A DNA stretch of 58,887 nt, from assembly GCA_045534325.1 (NCBI GenBank), contig JAZSJM010000037.1:1-58887 (forward strand), written 5' to 3'. Of the stretch, positions 47,773-57,839 are shown piece by piece (position 1 is the stretch's first letter; each line of letters starts with the position of its first letter). The notes under the pieces are model-generated. The model saw nothing but the letters and a program-made list of their open reading frames with translations, was not told the origin of the DNA and did not search any database. The stretch comes from Treponema sp. Lineage in GTDB: Bacteria; Spirochaetota; Spirochaetia; Treponematales; Treponemataceae. The translations under genes and the position numbers were made by a program.

Positions 47773-49080
47773 TTAAACCTGAAATCCAAAAAATTTAGGC
47801 AAAAATAGTGACAGCTGCGGAATAAATGTTACAAGGAGTAATCCGATAATCATTACAGCATAAAAAGGAAGCATTGCCTTTACGGTTTTTTCAATACTAA
47901 TTCCTCCAACGCCACAACCAACAAACAACGCTGAACCTACAGGTGGAGTACAAAGCCCTACCGCAAGATTAAAAATAAGCATTACACCAAACTGTACTGC
48001 AGTCATTCCAATTGCCGGACTTGTTACAACAGGAACCAGAATCGGAGTTACAATAAGAATAAGCGGTGCCATATCCATAATACAACCCAATATAAGCAGC
48101 ATTAAATTAATCAAAAGAAGCAAAATAACCTTGTTATGCGTAATAGAAAGCAATCCCTGTGTAATTAATGTAGGAACCTTTAAGAATGCTAAAAGCCATC
48201 CAAACGCATTTGCTGCCGCAATCAGAGAAAATACCATAGCAAGAGTTTTTACCGTATTCATTAATAAACGAGGCATCATTGAAATTTTCAATTCCTTGTA
48301 CACAAACACGGAAATAATAAATGCATATATGCAGGCTATGGCGGCAGATTCAGTTGCTGTAAAGAACCCTGCCGTTACACCGACTAAAATAATTACCGCA
48401 GTAAAAAGGGCAAGAATTGCGCTAAAACATATTTTTAATGCTTGTTTTAAACCGATAGATTCACCCTTTGGATAATGCCTTACAATGCTCATTATCGCAC
48501 ATAAGATAAGCATTAAAATTCCAAGAGAAACACCTGGAATAAGACCTGCCATAAATAGAGCACCAACAGAAACTCCGCCAGCAGCAACTGAATAAATAAT
48601 CATATTATGGCTTGGTGGAATTAAAACTCCCTGACACGAAGTAGCAACCGTAACGGCTACTGAAAAATCCCTGTCATATCCACCCTTTATCATCATTGGA
48701 ATTTCAATCGACCCAAGGGAAGAAACATCGGCAACGGCAGACCCAGACAAATGACCAAAAAACATTGAAGCCAGGACATTTACATATGATAAACCGCCTC
48801 TAAAGCGACCGACAATCGCATTTGCAGCCTGTAATAAACGGTCACTTATTCCGCCAGCACCCATTATTTCACCCGCAAGAATAAAGAACGGAATTGCCAT
48901 TAAACTAAAACTATCGACACCTTTTCCCATTTGCTGTATAAAAGCCATCATTGGTATTCTGGTATAAAAAAGCGTAATACAGGAAGAAACCGCAATTGCA
49001 AATATGACTGGCATTCTGAGTAGAATAAAAACTAAAAATGAACCAAGTAAAATCCATACGGCCACATTTTGATTAAACAT
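47773..49080 (-). CDS. dctM: TRAP transporter large permease DctM
   Basis: LMAIPFFILAG, SGSAVAD, IPPSHNMI, TPPVGSALF; start ATG 49080 after GAGGAGG. Confidence 0.93.
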   Translation of the reverse strand: MFNQNVAVWILLGSFLVFILLRMPVIFAIAVSSCITLFYTRIPMMAFIQQMGKGVDSFSLMAIPFFILAGEIMGAGGISDRLLQAANAIVGRFRGGLSYVNVLASMFFGHLSGSAVADVSSLGSIEIPMMIKGGYDRDFSVAVTVATSCQGVLIPPSHNMIIYSVAAGGVSVGALFMAGLIPGVSLGILMLILCAIMSIVRHYPKGESIGLKQALKICFSAILALFTAVIILVGVTAGFFTATESAAIACIYAFIISVFVYKELKISMMPRLLMNTVKTLAMVFSLIAAANAFGWLLAFLKVPTLITQGLLSITHNKVILLLLINLMLLILGCIMDMAPLILIVTPILVPVVTSPAIGMTAVQFGVMLIFNLAVGLCTPPVGSALFVGCGVGGISIEKTVKAMLPFYAVMIIGLLLVTFIPQLSLFLPKFFGFQV

Positions 49081-49789
49081 TTTTTTCCTCCTCATCTGTT
49101 TTTGTTTCTTCTATTTTTGAAGACTCATTTTTTTTCGAATCTCTCATTTCATCTACAATCTGCTGATCCGTTTTGTCATTTCCTCTGTCACCATCTTCTA
49201 CCATAAGATGACGATACTTGTTTAAACCAAAAAAATCTAAAATCGCAAAATAGCAGATAAACACTCCTGCAACAGGCATCATTATAAATTTAATTCCATT
49301 CGGCCACTGAGTTGCCGGAAGCCTGTTTCCCATCGAAACGTTAATTAAACTGATTCCATATTTAACCAAAATAAAACCAAAAAATATCATTGCAATTAAA
49401 ATGAATTTATATAAAATCCATTGAATTTTTTTAGGCATCATTCCATAAAAAATAGTAATTGCGATATGTAATCCTTTTTCAACACCTATAGCCATTGCAA
49501 TAAATGCAGTCCATACCATCAGCAAAAGCGCTACTTCTTCAGACCACATTATCGATTTACTGAAAAACCGACAAAATACCTGTGCACTTACAACAAATAC
49601 AATTACAAGTAGTACTAATTTTGAAAACTCAAGCAATACCCTATATACAAAGTCAAAAACTAATGTAACTGAAGAAATTATTCGTTCTACAATTGAATAT
49701 TCTGGCTTAAGAATCTCTTCATTTATTGTTTGTCGCAACAGTGAAAAAATATGATAAAATTTTTTATCTTTTTCTCCTGTATTTTCCAT
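49073..49789 (-). CDS. dctQ: TRAP transporter small permease DctQ
   Basis: QVFCRF...WSEE.A, HI.I; 4 TM helices. Confidence 0.9.
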   Translation of the reverse strand: MENTGEKDKKFYHIFSLLRQTINEEILKPEYSIVERIISSVTLVFDFVYRVLLEFSKLVLLVIVFVVSAQVFCRFFSKSIMWSEEVALLLMVWTAFIAMAIGVEKGLHIAITIFYGMMPKKIQWILYKFILIAMIFFGFILVKYGISLINVSMGNRLPATQWPNGIKFIMMPVAGVFICYFAILDFFGLNKYRHLMVEDGDRGNDKTDQQIVDEMRDSKKNESSKIEETKTDEEEKNV

Positions 49790-49829
49790 AATTCTTTCCC
49801 CTTAAAAACACAACTTGTCCACCTGACAT

Positions 49830-49843
49830 ACTAATATATTAGA
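49830..49843. promoter_or_regulatory. Putative GntR operator upstream of dctQ
   Basis: ACTAATATATTAGA, a near copy of the palindrome at 50937. Confidence 0.5.
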
Positions 49844-49861
49844 TTTTCAACATAAAAATTT

Positions 49862-49907
49862 GGCTGCCTGATTAATCTTTTTTTGATTATTCAGACAGCC
49901 TTTTTTA
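49862..49907. terminator. Stem-loop between dctP and dctQ
   Basis: GGCTGCCTGATTAATC/GATTATTCAGACAGCC. Confidence 0.6.
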
Positions 49908-49908
49908 T

Positions 49909-50898
49909 TTATTTGCTTTGAATAGAGCTAAGAAGGTCTTCATATCCTGCACTGAACTGAGCATACAGCGGAGCCATTGCAGCCTGGAATTTTTCTTTTT
50001 CTCCTGGTTCAAGTTCTGTAATCACAGCACCACCAGCTTTTACTTTTTCTTCAGAAGCTTTTTCTTTAGCAGCCCAAAGTTCGCGTTCAATTTTTGCTGA
50101 TTCAAGAGCACATTCTTTGATAATTTTCTGATCTTCTTCAGAAAGTTTATCCCATGTAGCTTTAGAAATCATCTGCATTTCTGGAACACGAGTATGTTCG
50201 TCAAGAACATAGTATTTTGCAACTTCGTAATGTGATGTTGATTCATATGACGGCCAGTTGTTTTCTGCACCATCAATTATTCCAGTCTGTAAAGAACTAT
50301 ATACTTCACCATATGCCATTGGTGTTGCATTTGCACCTACAGCTGCAACCATACCCATCATGAGTTTTGATTCTTGAACACGGATTTTTAATCCTTTAAG
50401 GTCAGCAAGTTTTGTTACAGGACGAACTGAATTGTAAAAATTGCGAGCCCCTGCATCAAACCATGAAAGACCTATAAGATTTGATGAACTTACGTTAGAA
50501 AGGAATTTTTCTCCGATTTCTCCATCAAGAACACGCCACATCTGGTCAGCATCTTTATAAAGGTAAGGAAGCTGAAGAACATTTAATGATTTATCAAATT
50601 CTGAAAGTGGTGAAATAGAAACACGTGTAAAATCAATAGCACCAAACTGAAGCTGTTCGATTACTGATTTTTCATCACCAAGCTGAGCACCATAATAAAC
50701 ATCAATATGAATGCGTCCTTTTGTCTTTTTTTCAACCATTTCGGCAAACTTATAAGCGGCCTGTGTAGTTGGATAGTCCTGAGGCTGATTTTCTGCGTAA
50801 CGGAGAACCAGTTTTTCACCTTTGTTCTTAGAGCAACCTGTCATTGCCATACATACAGCAAGAATTGCACAAGAAACTGCAACTAAAGTTTTTTTCAT
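49909..50898 (-). CDS. dctP: TRAP substrate-binding lipoprotein DctP (uronate-type by context)
   Basis: Lipobox MTGC; QLGDEKSVIEQLQFG, GARNFYN, KIRVQES, DGAENN. Confidence 0.92.
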   Translation of the reverse strand: MKKTLVAVSCAILAVCMAMTGCSKNKGEKLVLRYAENQPQDYPTTQAAYKFAEMVEKKTKGRIHIDVYYGAQLGDEKSVIEQLQFGAIDFTRVSISPLSEFDKSLNVLQLPYLYKDADQMWRVLDGEIGEKFLSNVSSSNLIGLSWFDAGARNFYNSVRPVTKLADLKGLKIRVQESKLMMGMVAAVGANATPMAYGEVYSSLQTGIIDGAENNWPSYESTSHYEVAKYYVLDEHTRVPEMQMISKATWDKLSEEDQKIIKECALESAKIERELWAAKEKASEEKVKAGGAVITELEPGEKEKFQAAMAPLYAQFSAGYEDLLSSIQSK

Positions 50899-50936
50899 TT
50901 TCTTATTTCCTCCAAATGTCGAAGCTTCGACGGCTA

Positions 50937-50950
50937 ACTAATATACTAGT
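50937..50950. promoter_or_regulatory. Putative GntR operator upstream of dctP
   Basis: ACTAATATACTAGT near-palindrome in the promoter region. Confidence 0.55.
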
Positions 50951-51060
50951 ATTATCAACCCCAGTTTTTATCACTGTCAAATTCTATTTGTACATTTAGT
51001 GCAAAAAAATCTATTTTTCAGAGGAAATACTTAAAAATTTGGAGAAATTTGAGTCGTTTT

Positions 51061-52500
51061 TTATTTCCAAAAATCTTTTGTAAATAAAATTATCAGATTG
51101 TATATTTCAAGACGGCCCGCAATCATAACAAAGCAATACCACCACTTTAAGAAAGGTGGAATCCAACCATAATCTGCAAAAGGGCCAAAGGCCGGTCCAA
51201 CACTTCCGAGCATACTTAAACTTGCCGTAAAAGATTCAAAAAGTTGCAAACCTCCTGCACATCCGACAAACGTTGTTACAACAGTCAATACAGAATATAC
51301 AAATACAAATGATGCAATGTTTAAGACAAGATCCTCTCGTCCCGCAGAACCATTCACCCTAATAGAAAATACTCCATGGGGATGAAGCATTCTCAAAACT
51401 TCTGTACGGGCTTTTTTTCCAAGAATAACCCACCTTATTACCTTAAAGCCACCAGAAGTTGAGCCAGAACATCCTCCGATAAAATAAAGGATAAAAATAA
51501 AAAATTGCGCAACCGATGGCCATTGCATAAAATCATCAGTCCCAAAACCCGTTGTGCTCATAATCGATGCAACCTGAAAACTGGCATAACGGAGAGCTTT
51601 TCCAAAACCGCCGTAATATTTTATAAGTGAAAGAGTAAGACATATAACGACTATCAGGAAAATTGAAATATATGCTTTAAGTTCGCTGTTCTTTTTTACT
51701 TCCCTGTATTTTCCCGTTATCATATAAAAATACAGACTGAAATTTACTCCCGCTAAAAACATAAATATCGTACATATAATTTCTACAGCCAAATTGTTAA
51801 AGCCACCAACGCTTGCATTCTTTGAACTAAAACCCCCTGTTCCTAATGTTGAAAAAGCGTGTCCGATTGAATCAATAAAATCTAAACCAGAAATCATAAG
51901 AGCCAATGTCTGAATCAAAGTAAGTCCTATGTAAATTGACCAGAGGGCTTTTGCTGTATTTGCCATCTTTGGAGTAATTTTTCCTTTTTCTGGACCAGTA
52001 GATTCTGCCTTAACAAGTTGAAAACTGCCTACACCGAGCAAAGGAAGAATTGCAGTTGTCAGGGCTATAATTCCCATACCACCAAGCCAGTGCATTTCCA
52101 TCCTCCACAGATTTACAGACCGGGGTAAAATTTCCAGATTTTTTAAAACAGTTGCTCCTGTCGTACTAAAACCGCTTACAGCTTCAAATACCGCATCAGT
52201 AAAGTTTTTAATCCATCCGCCTGCATAAAGAGGAATACAGCCAAAAATACTGATGGCAATCCATGAAAAGCTTACAAATACAAAAACAGCTCTTGTTCCA
52301 AGTTTTACCGGAGTTCTTTTTCCTGCAAAATAAAAAATAATTCCCAAAATCCATGATACAAACATTGGAATCAAAAATGGAAATATGACCTCTTTTTCTC
52401 CAAGGACAAGTGCCGTTCCTATCGGAAATAAAAATGAGGTTCCGATAATACCCAAAATAATCGAGAATATTCTAATAAAAACAAAAACAGTCTGTATCAT
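51061..52500 (-). CDS. trkH: Trk potassium uptake permease
   Basis: FEAVSGFSTTGA, WLGGMGI, TLGTGGFS, STTGF, GGCSGSTSGG.K, GRLE. Confidence 0.95.
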   Translation of the reverse strand: MIQTVFVFIRIFSIILGIIGTSFLFPIGTALVLGEKEVIFPFLIPMFVSWILGIIFYFAGKRTPVKLGTRAVFVFVSFSWIAISIFGCIPLYAGGWIKNFTDAVFEAVSGFSTTGATVLKNLEILPRSVNLWRMEMHWLGGMGIIALTTAILPLLGVGSFQLVKAESTGPEKGKITPKMANTAKALWSIYIGLTLIQTLALMISGLDFIDSIGHAFSTLGTGGFSSKNASVGGFNNLAVEIICTIFMFLAGVNFSLYFYMITGKYREVKKNSELKAYISIFLIVVICLTLSLIKYYGGFGKALRYASFQVASIMSTTGFGTDDFMQWPSVAQFFIFILYFIGGCSGSTSGGFKVIRWVILGKKARTEVLRMLHPHGVFSIRVNGSAGREDLVLNIASFVFVYSVLTVVTTFVGCAGGLQLFESFTASLSMLGSVGPAFGPFADYGWIPPFLKWWYCFVMIAGRLEIYNLIILFTKDFWK

Positions 52501-53915
52501 TATAATTCAGTTCCAAATTTTTCAAGGACATGCTGGTTTTCTTCAGCTGTTGTTATCAGTACTATTTCATCATTTTCTTCAACCGTTGTACTTCCTATCG
52601 GAATAAAATAGTCCTCTGAGCCAGATTTTTTCATCATCAATATCAGGAATTTTCCATTTTCAGCTATATCTCGCAAAGAATGGTCTTTTGCAGGGCTCTT
52701 TTCATTCACAGTAATTTCCATAATTTCAAGAGAACCTTCGTTTACCGTATGTACACCAGAAACAGCCTTTCCTTTTAAGTGACTCATAATTGAATCAACA
52801 ACCGTATCCCGTACAGGAACAGCAACCTCAATTCCGATTTTTCTGGCAATTTCACCAAAAGCATTATTACCAACAAGAGCAATCGTGTTATCGATTCCTA
52901 AAGATTCAAAATATGCTGACATAACAATGTTCAATTCATGGTTATGTGTTGCACAGATTGCTAAATCATATTTATCGATTCCCTCTTCTTCTACAAAGCC
53001 TTCTTCCGTTGCATCTGCACAAAATACTTTTACACCGGAAAATTTTTCTGCTGCCGCTTTTGCCCTTTCTTCATCACTGTCAATTAAGCAAAACTCTTGA
53101 GTCGGCATTCCGTCTCTTTTTAAAAACCTAGTTACAAAATTTGCTTTTCGTTTTATCAATTTTTCTGCAACAATTGTGCCTACACGCCCAATACCAACAA
53201 TTGCAATCTTTTTGATTTTTTTGATTTTTGAACCACAAAGTTTTAGAAACTCAGGAATATCTTCTCTTAAAAGTAAAACACCAAGACAATCATTTGCCTG
53301 AATTTTTGTTTCTCCAGAAGGTAAACTTGTCTGACCGTCGCTTTCTATATATGCAATAAGAACTGGTCTGTCCGTTATCTTTCTTATATTCATTAATTGC
53401 TGGCCTTCAAGTCTGCTACCTTTTTCTACAGAAACACGTATCAATTCATATTCATTTCCGAAAGGCATTACATCGGTTATTGCTCCATGTTTTGCAGCAT
53501 TTGCAATGGCCTCCGCAGCTTCAACGTCTGGGTGCACCATGTAATCAATACCATAAAGTGGTCTTTCATTCTCTGACTTTTCAACACTCGCAGTATCAAC
53601 ATAATAAGCATAATTTCTTACACGGGCAATTTTAGTAACATTCGGATACACCGCATCTGCAAGGGAACAGGTAATCATGTTAATTTCATCATTTGATGTA
53701 ACACATACAAGAGCATCTGCTTCTTTTATTCCAGCTTTCTCTAAAACTTCAAGATTATTACCATCTGCCTGAATAACATCGCAATCAAGGCTGTTTGAAG
53801 CATGACGAACAACTTCATCATCATTATCGATAATTACTACATCATTTTTGCCATTTACAAGACGTTTTGCTAGCTGAATTCCTGTAAATCCAGCACCTAC
53901 AATCACAATTTTCAT
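52500..53915 (-). CDS. trkA: Trk potassium uptake NAD-binding subunit
   Basis: Two RCK_N (GAGFTG, GIGRVG) and two RCK_C domains. Confidence 0.93.
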   Translation of the reverse strand: MKIVIVGAGFTGIQLAKRLVNGKNDVVIIDNDDEVVRHASNSLDCDVIQADGNNLEVLEKAGIKEADALVCVTSNDEINMITCSLADAVYPNVTKIARVRNYAYYVDTASVEKSENERPLYGIDYMVHPDVEAAEAIANAAKHGAITDVMPFGNEYELIRVSVEKGSRLEGQQLMNIRKITDRPVLIAYIESDGQTSLPSGETKIQANDCLGVLLLREDIPEFLKLCGSKIKKIKKIAIVGIGRVGTIVAEKLIKRKANFVTRFLKRDGMPTQEFCLIDSDEERAKAAAEKFSGVKVFCADATEEGFVEEEGIDKYDLAICATHNHELNIVMSAYFESLGIDNTIALVGNNAFGEIARKIGIEVAVPVRDTVVDSIMSHLKGKAVSGVHTVNEGSLEIMEITVNEKSPAKDHSLRDIAENGKFLILMMKKSGSEDYFIPIGSTTVEENDEIVLITTAEENQHVLEKFGTEL

Positions 53916-53997
53916 AAGTCAATTATACAATTCTTAAATGTAACTGTCATTAAATTAAATTCTCTTTTCTTTTTTTATACAAAGTTATATTGTAAAT

Positions 53998-54030
53998 GTG
54001 TGCATTGACTATCGTTGATGGCAGTGACAC
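53998..54030 (+). ncRNA. pan-motif-like cis-regulatory hairpin upstream of coaX
   Basis: GTGT-g-CATTG-a-CTATC-gtt-GATGG-CAGTG-ACAC, a stem with two single-purine bulges 5 bp apart, just after a TATATT -10. Confidence 0.55.
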
Positions 54031-54099
54031 TTTATAAAAATATCCTCATCTTAATTCGGCTTTTTTAGCCTTATAGACTTGATCTTAAGGACAGGTACT

Positions 54100-54873
54100 A
54101 TGATTTTAACTCTTGATGTAGGAAACACCAATATTACTGGTGGAGTATTTGATGATGACAAACTGATTTTTCAGTTCAGGCAGACAACTCATCAAAATTC
54201 ATCATCGGACGAAATTGGTATTTTCCTTCGCTCTGTTCTGCGGGAAAACGAAGTTGATCCTGCAAAAATCCACAAAGTTGGAATCTGCTCTGTTGTTCCT
54301 CCAATTAACTATTCCCTTTCAAACGGAATTATTAAATATTTTGGAGTTGAACCTCTTTTTATCCAGGCAGGTATAAAAATCGGTCTTAAATTAAAAACCG
54401 CAAATCCTAGGGAAATAGGGGCTGACCTGATTGCAGATTCAATTGGAGCAGTAATGCTTCATCCTGATAAAAATCTGATAATTGTTGATTTGGGTACTGC
54501 AACAACTATTCACGCTGTTACTAAAAACAAAGAATATCTTGGTGGTTCAATCCTTGCAGGACTCAAAACATCTGTTCACTCTCTTGCTTCAGGAACTTCT
54601 AAACTTCCTCATGCAGAAATAAAAAAACCAGAATTTGCTTGTGCTTCAGGAACAATAGAAGCTATTCAGTCTGGCATTTTTTTTGGAACTGCTGGAGCAA
54701 TAAAAGAAATTTGTAAAAACATAAAAAATGAAGTTTTTGCTGATTCATCTTCTTACATTGTTGCAACTGGTGGATTTTCAAAAATTTTTGAGAACATGAA
54801 TCTTTTTGACGAAATTATACCTGAACTAACTCTTTTAGGCGTTAAACAGGCTATAGAACTAAATAATATTTAA
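54100..54873 (+). CDS. coaX: Type III pantothenate kinase
   Basis: LDVGNTNI, CSVVP, IGADL, VDLGTATT, GG.I.AG, ATGG; start ATG 54100. Confidence 0.92.
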   Translation: MILTLDVGNTNITGGVFDDDKLIFQFRQTTHQNSSSDEIGIFLRSVLRENEVDPAKIHKVGICSVVPPINYSLSNGIIKYFGVEPLFIQAGIKIGLKLKTANPREIGADLIADSIGAVMLHPDKNLIIVDLGTATTIHAVTKNKEYLGGSILAGLKTSVHSLASGTSKLPHAEIKKPEFACASGTIEAIQSGIFFGTAGAIKEICKNIKNEVFADSSSYIVATGGFSKIFENMNLFDEIIPELTLLGVKQAIELNNI

Positions 54874-54888
54874 ATAGGAGAATCTAAA

Positions 54889-56379
54889 ATGACTAAAACA
54901 TATAAAATTTTATCTTTCATATTTTCATCACTTCTTTTATTTTCATGTGCTAACAAAAAAAACACAGAAACACTTCGCATGAGCATAGTAAGTGAACCGG
55001 ACAGTTTTTTCCCATGGAAATCAGCCGCAGCTGAAACTGCTGCAATTAACAACAATATTTATGAAGGACTTTTAAAATATGATGAAACAGGTTCTTTGTA
55101 TCCAGCTCTTGCAGAAAGCTATTCTGTTTCTCAGGACAACCTTACATATACTTTTAATCTGCGAAAAAATGTAAAATTTCATAATGGTGCTGATTTTACA
55201 TCCGAAGACTGTGTTTATACTTACAAAAACCTTGCAGGTCTTGATGGTCTTACAGCCCGCTCAGACAAAATGCTTATTGTAAAATCTGTATCTGCTCCAG
55301 ACAAATATACATTCATTGTAAATCTTAAAAAACCTTCTGGAGATTTTCTTCTTATCACTTCTACCTCTCCAATTCTTTTTCACGATTATGAAGAAAATGA
55401 AACAGCCCCAAATGGAACAGGTCCATACAAATTTGTTTCATATTCCCTCCATGAAAAAGTAGTATTAGAAAAAAATGAAGACTATTATGATACTTCTCGT
55501 GCCGGAAAAATAAAAAATATTGAACTATATATAATAACTGACGAAAATTCTGCAATTTCTGCCTTACATTCTGGACAGCTTGATATAGCACAAATGATTT
55601 CTGGAATAAACGCTAAAACCTTAGAGAAAAAATTTAATGTCATTTCTCATCCTCAGAACATGGTTCAAATTTTAGGATTAAATAATACTTATGGTCCTCT
55701 TACAGATATAAATGTCAGAAAGGCTATTACATGTGCAATAAATAAAAAAGAAATAATCAATGGCGTTTTTGATGGCTTTGCAACTGAACTTTACTCTAAC
55801 TTTAGTCCAATTCTCGCAGAATACTACAATGATTCCCTGAGTAAGGTTTATGAATATAACATCGAAACTGCAAAGAATTATCTATCTCAATCAAACTATA
55901 AAGACGGCTTTAATCTTACAATAAAAGTTCCGGCAAATTATCAGCCACATGTTGATACGGCACAATTGATTGCAAACATGTTAAAACCATTAAATATAAA
56001 CTGTACAATTCTTCCGATTGAATGGGCATCATGGCTTGATAATGTTTACACAAAATTTGATTATGAGGCTACTGTTATCGGTTTCGGAGGAAAAATCGAC
56101 CCTGCCGATGTTTTAAGAAGATATTACTCAACTTACAAAAGAAACTTTACACGTTTTTCGAATAAAGAATTTGACAGCACTTTCGAAAAGGCTCTGTCAG
56201 AAATAAATCTTTCCAAACGTGCTCAGTACTTTAAGGATTGTCAGAAAATTTTAACTGAATTCTGTCCGGCAGTTTTTATCTGTGATCCAGGACGAAACAT
56301 TGTTACTTCTAAAAATGTTGCCGGATATACACCTTATCCTGTTTCTATGTACGATTTTTCAAAAATTTATTTTAAATAG
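54889..56379 (+). CDS. Opp/Dpp/Nik family ABC substrate-binding lipoprotein
   Basis: Lipobox LFSC; YEGL, PALAESY.VS.D..TYTF.LR..VKFHNG, GTGPYK, VRKAI. Confidence 0.9.
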   Translation: MTKTYKILSFIFSSLLLFSCANKKNTETLRMSIVSEPDSFFPWKSAAAETAAINNNIYEGLLKYDETGSLYPALAESYSVSQDNLTYTFNLRKNVKFHNGADFTSEDCVYTYKNLAGLDGLTARSDKMLIVKSVSAPDKYTFIVNLKKPSGDFLLITSTSPILFHDYEENETAPNGTGPYKFVSYSLHEKVVLEKNEDYYDTSRAGKIKNIELYIITDENSAISALHSGQLDIAQMISGINAKTLEKKFNVISHPQNMVQILGLNNTYGPLTDINVRKAITCAINKKEIINGVFDGFATELYSNFSPILAEYYNDSLSKVYEYNIETAKNYLSQSNYKDGFNLTIKVPANYQPHVDTAQLIANMLKPLNINCTILPIEWASWLDNVYTKFDYEATVIGFGGKIDPADVLRRYYSTYKRNFTRFSNKEFDSTFEKALSEINLSKRAQYFKDCQKILTEFCPAVFICDPGRNIVTSKNVAGYTPYPVSMYDFSKIYFK

Positions 56380-56397
56380 TGCTTTACTGCCTGGCAA

Positions 56398-57312
56398 ATG
56401 AAAATTTACGTAAAAAAAGTTTTAGATTTTATAACGACTCTCTTTCTTGTTTCTCTTATTACTTTTTTTTCTTTTCAGCTTCTGCCAGGCAATCCGGCAC
56501 TTGCTATTTTAGGAACAGAAGCAGAACAAGCACAAATCGAAGCATTGGAAATTCAACTAGGTTTGAACAAAAGTCTCCCTGACCGATATATAAGCTGGTT
56601 TTTTGGTGCATTACATGGAAATCTCGGATTGTCTTATAAGTATAACCAGAGTGTTGGAGTTTTAATAAAAAATGCTTTTAAAACGACAGCTTCTTTAGCT
56701 TTTCTTTCACTCATTTTTACAATTATAGGCGGTTCTTTTTTTGGAATTTTATTTTCTGTTTACAGGAAAAAATTTTTTTCTAAAGTAGGATTTAATTTAA
56801 GTCAACTGTGGATTTCCATGCCTTCTTTTTGTACTGCACTCGTCCTGATTTTAATTTTTACAGTTGGCCTGGGACTTTTACCTTCAGTGGGTTTTATTAA
56901 CTTTACAAGTCTTATTCTTCCCTCTCTTGCAATCTCCTTAGGTTCTTCATGCATGCTGTGCCGATATATAAAAACAAATATAGAAAGTGAATTAAAAAAA
57001 GATTACGTAAGAACAGCAAAAAGCAAAGGTTTAAATGATAGACAGGTTATTGTGCGACATGTCCTTAAAAATGCCCTTATACCGTCTATTACAACACTTG
57101 GACTTATAACTGCTGATATTTTTGGAGGAAGTATAATTATAGAAAATGTTTTTTCTTTGCCTGGTATAGGAAAACTCCTGGTAAGTTCTATATCATCAAG
57201 AGATTTTCCCTTATTACAGGGTCTTACTCTTTATCTTGCTGCAATAACCCTAACCTGCAATTTTGCGGTTGATATGCTTTACACAGTTATTGATCCAAGA
57301 GCAAGAGTCTGA
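56398..57312 (+). CDS. OppB/DppB-type ABC permease
   Basis: LPGNPA, DYVRTAKSKGL, IIENVFSLPGIG, DPR. Confidence 0.92.
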   Translation: MKIYVKKVLDFITTLFLVSLITFFSFQLLPGNPALAILGTEAEQAQIEALEIQLGLNKSLPDRYISWFFGALHGNLGLSYKYNQSVGVLIKNAFKTTASLAFLSLIFTIIGGSFFGILFSVYRKKFFSKVGFNLSQLWISMPSFCTALVLILIFTVGLGLLPSVGFINFTSLILPSLAISLGSSCMLCRYIKTNIESELKKDYVRTAKSKGLNDRQVIVRHVLKNALIPSITTLGLITADIFGGSIIIENVFSLPGIGKLLVSSISSRDFPLLQGLTLYLAAITLTCNFAVDMLYTVIDPRARV

Positions 57313-57839
57313 CAAATTACATCAAATAATTGGTCTGGTTCAGGCATTTTTCCCTGTCCTGTATCGCCACAGGCAAGGTACCCCTCTATCGGCTCAATTA
57401 TTTTTATGCCGTATTTTCGGCAAATAGACATATTGTCCTGTGTTATAGGATTAGTGAACATGGCAGTATTCATTGCTGGTGAAACCAGTTTTGGACAAGT
57501 ACAGGCTAAAAATGTTGTAGTGAGCATATCATCTGCAAACCCATGGGCAACTTTTGCAATAACGTTTGCTGTAGCTGGTGCAATCAAAAATAAGTCAGCT
57601 TTTTTAGCGAGAGAAACATGTTCAACCTTAAACTCAAAATTCCGGTCAAAAGTGTCTGTCAGACATTTGTTGCCCGTTAGAGTTTCAAAAGTTATTGGAG
57701 TAATAAAATTTTGAGCGTTCTTTGTCATTATGACATGAACATCAGCGTGATTTTTTACCAGTTTACTGGCAAGACTTGCAATCTTATAAGATGCTATGCT
57801 GCCAGTTACACCAAGAACAATAGTTTTTCCCTTTAACAT
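57279..57839 (-). CDS. coaC: Stand-alone phosphopantothenoylcysteine decarboxylase domain (CoaC; N-terminal half of CoaBC)
   Basis: GVTGSIASYK, HVSLA, APATAN.IAK, PAMNTAM, LACGDTGQGKM; no CoaB domain follows. Confidence 0.85.
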   Translation of the reverse strand: MLKGKTIVLGVTGSIASYKIASLASKLVKNHADVHVIMTKNAQNFITPITFETLTGNKCLTDTFDRNFEFKVEHVSLAKKADLFLIAPATANVIAKVAHGFADDMLTTTFLACTCPKLVSPAMNTAMFTNPITQDNMSICRKYGIKIIEPIEGYLACGDTGQGKMPEPDQLFDVICQTLALGSITV

